DNA from: a virus
Taxonomy: Duplodnaviria; Caudoviricetes
Virus record (IMG/VR): IMGVR_UViG_3300017716_001227
Location: 1 to 35,131 of that record
DNA: 35,131 bases
Direction: 5' to 3' (one strand)
Every line of letters starts with the position of its first letter. Position 1 is the stretch's first letter. The notes beneath the pieces are model-generated. The model was not told where the DNA came from, searched no databases, and saw only the letters and a program-made list of their open reading frames with translations. Below are positions 8,364 to 16,157 of the stretch, in pieces. The position numbers were made by a program, and so were the translations under genes.

Positions 8364-8927
8364 CTATTGTTGCCCTTCCACGGGTTCAAACTCCCCCTCC
8401 ACAGCATTGGAACATTCCACGGGAACAATATCAATATCGACTGCCTTTTTCGGCCCTTCCACATGGAGAGAAATCATGGCATTTATATTTAAACCCTTTC
8501 TATCGTGAAGGTTATTCTCATCCAGTCCCAAGGCTCTCGTTGCCATTTTCTCATATTGCGCGAGAACATCCAACCTTCCGGCTTGGTCTTTAATGTTCCC
8601 GCTTTTGTTCCGTATTTCAATCTGCTTTCTCTCCTCGGAAATCTGACTCAGCATGAAATTATAGTGATTCTCCGTTTCCCTCCGCATCACGTCCTCCATT
8701 TTTGGCGCAAGAGTATTTGCTACATCTTCACGCAATCTAAGCCTTTTGGAAATCCATCGGCCTTGCACCATCAAATTCTTCAGATAGTTCTTCGACATCT
8801 TGGAAAACTCCTCGGTCTTGAGAATGTCACCAAGCTCCGCACCCGCCATGTATAGCTGTTCGATCTTCGCCACATCCCACTTCCTTCGACGGGTTCCGAG
8901 TGATTCTGCATTATATTCTTGCTTCAT
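8364..8927 (-). CDS. HTH DNA-binding protein, terminase small subunit-like
   Basis: KWDVAKIEQLYMAG...GRWISKR resembles the TerS-type N-terminal HTH, followed by helical segments; start at MKQEY preferred. Confidence 0.55.
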   Translation of the reverse strand: MKQEYNAESLGTRRRKWDVAKIEQLYMAGAELGDILKTEEFSKMSKNYLKNLMVQGRWISKRLRLREDVANTLAPKMEDVMRRETENHYNFMLSQISEERKQIEIRNKSGNIKDQAGRLDVLAQYEKMATRALGLDENNLHDRKGLNINAMISLHVEGPKKAVDIDIVPVECSNAVEGEFEPVEGQQ

Positions 8928-8932
8928 ACCCT

Positions 8933-8961
8933 TTTCTATTCCATACACTTTCGCTTGTCAA
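8933..8961 (-). promoter_or_regulatory. Sigma70-type promoter, possibly leaderless
   Basis: Minus-strand TTGACA(8961-8956)-17 bp-TAGAAA(8938-8933), with ATG at 8927. Confidence 0.5.
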
Positions 8962-9012
8962 TAAATTTCCCTCCACAACATAACAACATAAACATAACCT
9001 AAAACACACAAA

Positions 9013-9279
9013 ATGAAAATATTCGTTACATTTAAAATAAACAACACGCAATATATTGGTCTGCCAAATCACACAGGAATTTTGATCTTAGACGATCAAG
9101 GGAATAACTATGGAGCTTGGCAATGCGTAAAGGTGTTTACGAAAAATATCAAGAGCAAAAAAGTTATTCAAAACCATGAAATTGAAAAAACTCTGTATGG
9201 TTTAAATACCCCGCCGCTTGCAATAGGTAAATGCTTTTTGCAAAGAGCTGAAGGTGAAAGCAAATTGACTATTAAATAA
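9013..9279 (+). CDS. Hypothetical protein
   Basis: 88-aa AT-rich ORF after a CCCTCCACAA + A/C-rich leader. Confidence 0.75.
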   Translation: MKIFVTFKINNTQYIGLPNHTGILILDDQGNNYGAWQCVKVFTKNIKSKKVIQNHEIEKTLYGLNTPPLAIGKCFLQRAEGESKLTIK

Positions 9280-9281
9280 AC

Positions 9282-10898
9282 ATGAACATAAACGATCTCA
9301 TGGCAACAGTTGAATGGTCGCACCCCATGCAGCTGCACACAAAGCGAGGGCCGCGCCTGCTCAAGAAAGCTCCGATCACTCAGGCTTTTTGGAAAGTCTA
9401 TGGTGAGGACAAGGAACTATTCAAAAGGCAAATGGCCGATGCTGGTATCCAGCTTGGCAAGTTCCGCGAGGAATGGCAACTAACCCATTGGTCAGACGAT
9501 CAGCTTAAATTCAAACAGATAATCGTTTCCGATAATCCTGTTGAAGAGGTTGCAGAATTGGATTTGATCCCTCTACTCCACCCCGAGGGCTTGCTACCCT
9601 ACCAGCTAACCTCAGTCCAGATGGGTGTTGCCAGCATGAATAAATACAATCGGGTACTTTTAGGCCATTCTACGGGTGTAGGAAAAACATTTTGTGCCCT
9701 TGGTATTGCTAGAGAGTTAGGCAAACGCATTGCGGTTATCTGTCCTCGTCCGATTACCACCGATTGGCATAGAGCCGCAAAGATGATGGGCGTTGAGGTA
9801 TTTGAGATTTGCGGTTGGGAGTGGGCCAAAACTGGCAAAAGTCAGTTAGGCCGATGGACGGATGAAGAGAAGAAAGACTTCCGCTTCATGCTGCCTCCTG
9901 ATGTCCTTCTTGTATTTGATGAGGTTCACAGGGGCAAAGGTGAAGCCACTCAAAACGCCTATCTAGTCAGGGATTCAGTGAATCAAAACATCTCTGCCAT
10001 TGCCCTGTCTGCTACCATTGCAGATGATCCAACTAAGCTATGGGCGATTGGTCAGTTTTTAGGCTTACACCAAGGCGGTAAAGACTACTTCCGATTCCTC
10101 AGTCAGAACGGATGCAGGAAAACCCGCTTCGGAATGCAGTTCACAGGAGGCCATTCAGTCCTAAAGCAGTTGCATAGTCGTATCTACCCCGAAAAGGGTA
10201 ATCGGCTTCGACATTCTGATCTTGGTGATGCGTTTCCAGAAACAATGATTAAGGCCAGAGCCTTCGACATGGACAACGCTCGAAAGATCGCTGGCGAATA
10301 TGACGACCTCTGCAACCGAATCGAGGAGTTGCGGATGCAGGAAAACTTCTCGGCAAATGTTCTGGCAGAGCAAACCAGAGCAAGGCAGAGGATCGAAATG
10401 CTCAAAGCTCCCGCCGTAGCAGCAATGGCGCGTGACTTGATCGAAGAAGGCAACTCTGTCTTCATTGCAGTCAACTACACCGAAACCCGTGAATGGCTCA
10501 TGGAAGAATTGAAGACAGATTGCGCCATATTCGGAGGACAGAACGACATTGACCGCCGAGGCAAGATTGATTCCTTCCAGAATGACAAGTCGAGAGTCAT
10601 CATTGGAATTATACAAGCGTGCAGAGAAGGTCTAAACCTCCACGATCTGAACGGAAACTATGGTAGGGTTGCGTTAGTTATGCCTACTCCAAGCCCATTC
10701 GATTTGAAACAGGTCTTAGGCCGAGTGCATCGCGCTGGAGGCAAGTCTAAGTCAATTCAGTTCATCGTCTATGCAGCAGGCGTAGGTATCGAGGAGAATA
10801 TCTGTTCCAAGTTAGACGGCAAACTCAAACAGATGGATTTGCTGGCAGATGGAGAGATTGATGCAACGATCTCCCTTGCTCCACCAGTAGCTAAATAA
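9282..10898 (+). CDS. Superfamily 2 (SNF2-like) helicase
   Basis: LLPYQ, TGVGKT (Walker A), FDEVH (Walker B), LSAT, EGLNL and QVLGRVHRAG. Confidence 0.93.
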   Translation: MNINDLMATVEWSHPMQLHTKRGPRLLKKAPITQAFWKVYGEDKELFKRQMADAGIQLGKFREEWQLTHWSDDQLKFKQIIVSDNPVEEVAELDLIPLLHPEGLLPYQLTSVQMGVASMNKYNRVLLGHSTGVGKTFCALGIARELGKRIAVICPRPITTDWHRAAKMMGVEVFEICGWEWAKTGKSQLGRWTDEEKKDFRFMLPPDVLLVFDEVHRGKGEATQNAYLVRDSVNQNISAIALSATIADDPTKLWAIGQFLGLHQGGKDYFRFLSQNGCRKTRFGMQFTGGHSVLKQLHSRIYPEKGNRLRHSDLGDAFPETMIKARAFDMDNARKIAGEYDDLCNRIEELRMQENFSANVLAEQTRARQRIEMLKAPAVAAMARDLIEEGNSVFIAVNYTETREWLMEELKTDCAIFGGQNDIDRRGKIDSFQNDKSRVIIGIIQACREGLNLHDLNGNYGRVALVMPTPSPFDLKQVLGRVHRAGGKSKSIQFIVYAAGVGIEENICSKLDGKLKQMDLLADGEIDATISLAPPVAK

Positions 10899-10913
10899 TT
10901 CTAAAAAACAAAT

Positions 10914-10948
10914 AGCCCACAGGGAATAAAATCCTTGTGGGCTTTTTT
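10914..10948 (+). terminator. Intrinsic terminator, probably bidirectional
   Basis: AGCCCACAGGGA/TCCTTGTGGGCT stem with a T run after and an A run before, between convergent operons. Confidence 0.85.
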
Positions 10949-10969
10949 GTTGTTATCGGTTACGATACT

Positions 10970-11251
10970 TTATGTGATGATTCGGGATTCCTCCTTCTCC
11001 TTCTCTGGTTCATCAAACCGCTTACGGAACTGAGCATTCTGATAATACATGAATGCCAATTCTAGGTACCTGATGCACTCAAATCCTTCACCCTTGCGGG
11101 ATTCTGATTTGATGACCATCATGCTTGCTGTATGCAACAGGCTTGCCATTGCATGGACTCGTTCGTTTAGTGTCTCGTCGCCGGACTTGATGAAAGTAAA
11201 TGCTTCCATCACCGCCTTCGAGGTTTCGTTTTGTGGTGTTTGTTCTGACAT
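10970..11251 (-). CDS. Helical hairpin protein, possibly Acb2/Tad1-like
   Basis: FTF...ERVHAM...GEGFECIRYLELAFMYYQNAQFR loosely fits FTYH...RY....RE.SLA.T.LEEA.MWANAAIAR. Confidence 0.5.
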   Translation of the reverse strand: MSEQTPQNETSKAVMEAFTFIKSGDETLNERVHAMASLLHTASMMVIKSESRKGEGFECIRYLELAFMYYQNAQFRKRFDEPEKEKEESRIIT

Positions 11252-11254
11252 AAA

Positions 11255-11428
11255 TTAGTTTAGTTTAACGTCTATTGATTCAATTATTAGTGCCCATTTA
11301 TCGTTGTCTGGAGATACTTCTTCGCTCATTATGACCTGGCTGATGCGTTTTAATATACAAGCCTCAACTTCTTCTTCAATGGGATTACTTCCGTCAACCT
11401 CACATTCAATTTCAATGTTTATTTTCAT
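11255..11428 (-). CDS. Small acidic protein
   Basis: MKINIEIECEVDG..., ATGA-coupled. Confidence 0.65.
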   Translation of the reverse strand: MKINIEIECEVDGSNPIEEEVEACILKRISQVIMSEEVSPDNDKWALIIESIDVKLN

Positions 11429-11748
11429 GCTTCCTCCCATTTTCCGATTGTCCTTAGAAATGCCTCTGCGCGTTGGGATGCGGTTGCTGTGGTTGTTTCA
11501 AATGTGCGACTTCCTTCTTCACAATTGCAACATATCAGTGCCAAGTGCCAGAGATATTCTCCTCGCTTTGTAAGTATCAGCACCTTCTCCGCTTCGTGCA
11601 TGGCATTTAGGTTGTTGCAGTAGTCGGGTAACTCCGCGTAGGTTCTGCAACCGTCAGTAAGCGGCTTAAAACCGTGCGTTTTTCGTTCTTGGTCAATCTT
11701 CCACCCACACGCTTCCGCGATTGCGATATTGATTTGTTCGTTTGTCAT
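11425..11748 (-). CDS. Phage ABA-sandwich-like domain protein (paralog 1)
   Basis: MTNEQINIAIAEACGW...PDYCNNLNAMHEAE...ATASQRAEAFLRTIGKW. Confidence 0.7.
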   Translation of the reverse strand: MTNEQINIAIAEACGWKIDQERKTHGFKPLTDGCRTYAELPDYCNNLNAMHEAEKVLILTKRGEYLWHLALICCNCEEGSRTFETTTATASQRAEAFLRTIGKWEEA

Positions 11749-11927
11749 TACGCTTCCTTTCCGAATTTCATCCACTCGTTTTCAGGCAAATCAAACCATG
11801 ACTTGTTGAACTTGTCGAAATCGTTTAACAAATTGATTAAAATTTGATCTTCCTGCATTTCTTTTGGCATATTACGGAGAATTTGAATAAGTTCCTCAAT
11901 TGAAATGTTAGTTTCTTCGTTTGTCAT
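11748..11927 (-). CDS. Chimeric mini-gene from a local duplication
   Basis: Starts MTNE like the downstream gene and ends KSWFD...EWMKFGKEA like the upstream gene; TAATG-coupled on both sides. Confidence 0.65.
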   Translation of the reverse strand: MTNEETNISIEELIQILRNMPKEMQEDQILINLLNDFDKFNKSWFDLPENEWMKFGKEA

Positions 11928-12898
11928 TACGCTTCCTTCCCGAATTTCATCCACTCTCCTTCGGCTGGATCGAACCATGACTTGTCGCCAAGGTCGATCA
12001 AGAGTTGGTGTTCTTGCACTTCTTGCGGCATTGAACGGAGGACTTCTGAGTTGGAGAAGTTACCGACATTGAGGAGCAAGAAGCGATGACCGGATGGCTT
12101 ATCGTCTTTACCTTGCTCGTTACGCACTCGGTTCCTTACTTCAGTTGAAGATAGCTTCTCGTTCTTCGCTGCTTCAAGAAGTTCTTGCTGTTTTTTAGCG
12201 GAGTCTTCCCCGAAGTTAGCGTTTCCGATCTCTCGGTAAACTGTGAACGGAAGCATTGGATCGCGCTTTGCAGCAGGGAAGGCACGGCAGGCACGGGCGT
12301 AACCTGACACGGTTGGATAGGACTTTTTAAAGTTAGCACACAACTGATTGACCACATCGTCATGTCCTGCGTTCTCCAAAGCTACCACTGAGTCACCAAT
12401 TATCCATTGTGCGCCGCTTTCGAGGGTCAGACCGAAGGCAAATGCTGCCACCCAGTCCTTCATCTCTACCTCTCCACGCGGAACGCACTGTGTCATTCCT
12501 GATCCAATATCGAACTTAGTGGTAAACGAAGATAACTCCAATCCCTGCTTGACGCTCTCCACAAGGGCGAGGGATTCGTTGACTGGTTCATCTTCGGTAA
12601 GTTCTACCTCTGCCTCTACTACTGGCAAGGCGAGGCGTTCTTCTGCCATTTCCTCAGCCATGTCCGAGTCAGCGGACATCTTCTCATACATCTCCAGCAT
12701 TTCATCTGGTGCATCGTCGCCAAGGTATTCGTTCTTCTGCAACTTTGCCCATGCTTTCTTGATATGGGTTTCGGAAATGCTGATCCCCGGCCATTCGGCT
12801 TTGGCGAACTCGGCCATTTGATTGAGGTACTTGGAAAGAGGAACAATGATTCCCTCTTGAGTTGGGCTAAACAATTCTAATTCTGGTTTCTTTTTCAT
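11927..12898 (-). CDS. LmbU-like DNA-binding protein with an acidic N-terminal extension
   Basis: QWIIGD...SYPTVSGYARACRAF...R...LPFTVYREI...QQELLEAA...LSSTEVR matches the LmbU-type W.IGD/HTH/LSFSHH pattern. Confidence 0.6.
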   Translation of the reverse strand: MKKKPELELFSPTQEGIIVPLSKYLNQMAEFAKAEWPGISISETHIKKAWAKLQKNEYLGDDAPDEMLEMYEKMSADSDMAEEMAEERLALPVVEAEVELTEDEPVNESLALVESVKQGLELSSFTTKFDIGSGMTQCVPRGEVEMKDWVAAFAFGLTLESGAQWIIGDSVVALENAGHDDVVNQLCANFKKSYPTVSGYARACRAFPAAKRDPMLPFTVYREIGNANFGEDSAKKQQELLEAAKNEKLSSTEVRNRVRNEQGKDDKPSGHRFLLLNVGNFSNSEVLRSMPQEVQEHQLLIDLGDKSWFDPAEGEWMKFGKEA

Positions 12899-12937
12899 TT
12901 TGGTGTTATTTGGTTAGGTGTTCTGGGGAGAACAGAA

Positions 12938-13750
12938 TCAATATGGAATGTCGTCGTTTTCTACTGGAGCGTCGAGGCTCAAGTCTGCCGCTGCTTTCTC
13001 TACGCACTTGGCAAAGGGAGTTGCGAATCCTTTGTCCAAGTAGTATTCATAGAGTTTAGTGAGGGCAGGCTTTCCGATCTCTGCCAGCTTCTTGCCCTTC
13101 TGAGAACCAGATGGGACGATAGCAGATGCCCAGTCTTCGGGATTAGTCTCTTCTTCGGTTGGCTCTTCCTTCTTAGGTGCTTCGACCTTCGATGAATAGT
13201 GAATACCTTTACGGTTAGCTTCGATGAAAACCGATGAGACATACGCCCGAAGAGTTTCTTCGTCTGTGACTTTACCAAGGTAAGCCATGCGAACCAAGGA
13301 GTCGATGTATTGGTGCATCTCCACGATTTGATCGAGCGCCTGCTCTGCATTATCGGTTACGATAACCTTGGGTGTTGATGAAACACGAGGAGGTTCTTCA
13401 CTCACGCCATCGTATTCAACTTTCGCTGAAGCTGAAACCTTGATGACTTGGTTGTGAATCTGCTGGCCTTCTTTGTTCTTGTAGCTCTCCTCCTCAAAGG
13501 TAACTCCATTCATGCCGTGTTTTCCGCGAGTCGAGGACAAGGTTACTGTCCGACCCTTAGCAGATTCGGGCTGAGTGTTCTTCCAGAAGGTTAGCTTATA
13601 GGGTTTCCCATCCACTTCGATCTCACCATTTTGGATGGTGTATGGGCCATAGTTGCCTTCGTGTTGCTTCTCTGGGAAGAGTTTGGTGATCTTCCCTGTT
13701 ACTTTCTTGATGATGTCTTTCGGCTCAAGGCCGTCTAGTTGGTTACTCAT
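12938..13750 (-). CDS. OB-fold single-stranded DNA-binding/annealing protein
   Basis: VTGKITKLF...YKLTFW RPA-like OB fold, acidic DDIPY tail, next to an exonuclease; start MSNQ at 13750 preferred. Confidence 0.65.
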   Translation of the reverse strand: MSNQLDGLEPKDIIKKVTGKITKLFPEKQHEGNYGPYTIQNGEIEVDGKPYKLTFWKNTQPESAKGRTVTLSSTRGKHGMNGVTFEEESYKNKEGQQIHNQVIKVSASAKVEYDGVSEEPPRVSSTPKVIVTDNAEQALDQIVEMHQYIDSLVRMAYLGKVTDEETLRAYVSSVFIEANRKGIHYSSKVEAPKKEEPTEEETNPEDWASAIVPSGSQKGKKLAEIGKPALTKLYEYYLDKGFATPFAKCVEKAAADLSLDAPVENDDIPY

Positions 13751-14056
13751 TTGATATTGTGCGTTATTTGCTATTGTTAATTTTTTTATTAGGTGTGAAG
13801 TTGTTGCCGATAAGATTATGATTATTAATGGATATACCCAATAATAAATTATATTATGTAGTCTAACTCTGATTCTATCAGGTAATTTCATTTACAAGTT
13901 TTCTTCGTTTACTTCCAGTTCTTTGATTTCTTTTGTTAATATCAAATGTATTTTCGTTTTCTAATTTTACTGCAATTAAGTCAGCTTTACGATTTTGAAT
14001 CCTATCGGCGTTGTTATATTCTTCTCTGTTTTTGTAGATAATAATCATATTATTTG

Positions 14057-14920
14057 TTATTCTTTATAGGTTGTTTTGTAGTAGTTGCAGAAGGGTGCTA
14101 CTGAGCAATAACGCTCGCAGCGAATATCCCCACCGCTTCGTTTCTCTATGCTGTGTTTCGCTCCATAGGTAGGTAGCAATCTTTCAGCTTCCTCCAAGGA
14201 CTCGCACACTTTTGCCGCTCGTTTATTGCCATCTTTTTTAATGGCAAAAGTATCTGGTTTTGCCCAGCGTTCCTTTGGATCGCAGGCAGGTATGGTATCG
14301 TCTGGCATTGCTGCCGCCGCTTGGTGAAGTTTGATCCTCTCCGCTGCGTAACGGATGACTTCGCTATCATCCCATAAAGGAATGTCAACGATGTGAACCG
14401 CACACTGAGGATACTCTTTGTCAAACTCAGCCTTGCTCGCCTGCCAGTCCCGAAGGATAGCGACGATCTGGAGCTTCTTTGGTGAGTAGCCATACTCTCT
14501 CCATAACATGGCGTTGCAATTGAGTTGCATTACCCACTCATTTTTCTGTCCGAGTAGGAAAGAGAAGACAGATGTTACTTTGAAGTCAGAAAGGATTCCT
14601 TTCTCCACTTCGTAGAGGTCAGTCTGACCAGTCAGCGTCCATCCATTGATTTCTTTGTAAAGACGCTTCTCAGTCATCTCTTCTTCTCCTCCGGCAAGCT
14701 CAAGAACTTTATGCACTGACTGACCGAGTAATGCCCACACCCTATCGGCTGCGTCTTCTACGATAAAGTCAGAGTAGCGTTTCTTGAGTTGGTTGATCTT
14801 TGGTGGCCCGATGAGCGTAGTCACGCTGATGTCTGCTTTCCTCTGTCCCGCCATATACCCATCGTGAGCTAATGCCCGATACATGGGTGCGGGTAAATCG
14901 TGTCTATTCGTGATCGTCAT
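14057..14920 (-). CDS. PD-(D/E)XK (Cas4/RecB-like) exonuclease
   Basis: GQSVH, TEKR, LTGQTDL, SDFKVTS, QLNCN and C-terminal RCERYCSVAPFC. Confidence 0.85.
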   Translation of the reverse strand: MTITNRHDLPAPMYRALAHDGYMAGQRKADISVTTLIGPPKINQLKKRYSDFIVEDAADRVWALLGQSVHKVLELAGGEEEMTEKRLYKEINGWTLTGQTDLYEVEKGILSDFKVTSVFSFLLGQKNEWVMQLNCNAMLWREYGYSPKKLQIVAILRDWQASKAEFDKEYPQCAVHIVDIPLWDDSEVIRYAAERIKLHQAAAAMPDDTIPACDPKERWAKPDTFAIKKDGNKRAAKVCESLEEAERLLPTYGAKHSIEKRSGGDIRCERYCSVAPFCNYYKTTYKE

Positions 14921-15065
14921 TTGGTTCGTCCCAATAAGTAGGTCGGATGCCGTGATCCATATCTCTGTTAGCGCACTCGTAGAGAAAGTTTGCTTCTCTC
15001 TCTTCTTCTATTTCGGAAGACAGGTCGTAGGGTTCGTCTTCCCCGTCGTTACAAGCCAAGCTCAT
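14904..15065 (-). CDS. Small acidic protein (53 aa)
   Basis: MSLACNDGEDEPYDLSSEIEEEREANF...DDHE*, ATGA-coupled; not in the ORF track. Confidence 0.6.
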   Translation of the reverse strand: MSLACNDGEDEPYDLSSEIEEEREANFLYECANRDMDHGIRPTYWDEPNDDHE

Positions 15066-15424
15066 TTCTCATCCTCCCATTTTCCGATTGTCCTTAGAAA
15101 TGCCTCTGCGCGCTCTCTGGCGGTTGCGTGGAAAATTCTGGTATGAAATCCAGTAATCTGGTGCAGATAATCAGCCATCTCACATAACTGCTGATCTCCT
15201 AATGTCATCGTCAACTGGTGGATCTCGTTGAGGTCGTTGCAGTAGTCGGGAATGACTTTAACTACATCGGAGGACGGCCATGAAAGTCGGCGTTGTTTTG
15301 CTGCTTTAGGCGTAAAGAAGCCAGTCTTCCATGCCTCTGGACGATCTTTGGGGCCGCGCGGGTTTTGAATTACATCTAATCCACACGCTTCTGCGATTGC
15401 GATGTTGATTTGTTCGTTTGTCAT
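15062..15424 (-). CDS. Phage ABA-sandwich-like domain protein (paralog 2)
   Basis: MTNEQINIAIAEACGL...PDYCNDLN...ATARERAEAFLRTIGKW. Confidence 0.7.
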   Translation of the reverse strand: MTNEQINIAIAEACGLDVIQNPRGPKDRPEAWKTGFFTPKAAKQRRLSWPSSDVVKVIPDYCNDLNEIHQLTMTLGDQQLCEMADYLHQITGFHTRIFHATARERAEAFLRTIGKWEDEK

Positions 15425-15642
15425 TTCTCAAAGCAGGCAGCAAGAAGTTCACTGACGCCTTTGAGGTGGTCGCCTTGCTCAACTACGGCTCGCGCGTTGG
15501 GTAGTTTACCCAATTCAAACTTGCCGTCTGCTGCTGCTGCTGATACCAAGCGGAGATAGATTTCCCTCTGCAAAGTTGGCGCGATAACTGCTGTTTCTAC
15601 TGATTCTACTGATTCTTTTTTTACTGTTGGTGTGTCTTTCAT
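15421..15642 (-). CDS. Hypothetical protein
   Basis: MKDTPTVKKE..., ATGA-coupled to the next gene. Confidence 0.7.
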   Translation of the reverse strand: MKDTPTVKKESVESVETAVIAPTLQREIYLRLVSAAAADGKFELGKLPNARAVVEQGDHLKGVSELLAACFEK

Positions 15643-15644
15643 AA

Positions 15645-16112
15645 TTAGATTTTTTTCCATGTTGTTTCTTTTTTGTAACGAACTCCAGCAATCACCATTT
15701 CGGATACTTCATTTGGTAAAGTGCTGAAATTAAATTCTGGAACTTCAGGTTTTTTGGGGTAGCATAGGATTTCATAAGCATGTGGATTGCGATAGACCAG
15801 CGCATCGCCGCTGACCCGCGCATCGCCGCTGACTTGCGCATCGCCGCTGACTTGCGCATTGCCGCAGACCAACGCATTGCCACCGAGCTGTGCGCCGCCC
15901 CAGACCCGCGCATTGCCGCAGACCCGCGCATTGCCGTAGACCAACGCATTGCCACCGACCCAGCAATCACCTTCTTGACTCAGGTTACGCTCGCCTTCGA
16001 CCCAGCCTCCAAGGTCGCCGGATTTGACATAGCCAAAATCTTTCAACGCTTGGATGCGGTAGAACATTATGCCCACGAGCTTTTTAGTTTTGTCTGTTAG
16101 TTTGTATTTCAT
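15645..16112 (-). CDS. Hexapeptide-repeat (left-handed beta-helix) protein
   Basis: MKYKLT...RIQALKDFG.VK.GDLGGWVE.E.NLSQEGDCWV followed by (G-N/D-A-x-V-x)n. Confidence 0.88.
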   Translation of the reverse strand: MKYKLTDKTKKLVGIMFYRIQALKDFGYVKSGDLGGWVEGERNLSQEGDCWVGGNALVYGNARVCGNARVWGGAQLGGNALVCGNAQVSGDAQVSGDARVSGDALVYRNPHAYEILCYPKKPEVPEFNFSTLPNEVSEMVIAGVRYKKETTWKKI

Positions 16113-16157
16113 AATTTTTGATTGTTGATGAGTTCACGGATTTCGAGTAGCATCTGT

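Larger units (their letters stand above)
7316..8978 (+). repeat. Intergenic CCCTCCACAA repeat family
   Basis: Copies at 7316 (9/10), 7459, 7476 (9/10), 7920, 7937, 8286 and 8969; a 29-bp doublet is shared by 7459-7487 and 7920-7948. Confidence 0.85.

Noticed and set aside
14057-14920. Cas4 as a sign of a CRISPR system
   Set aside because: Stand-alone PD-(D/E)XK exonuclease next to an SSB, the usual phage recombination context
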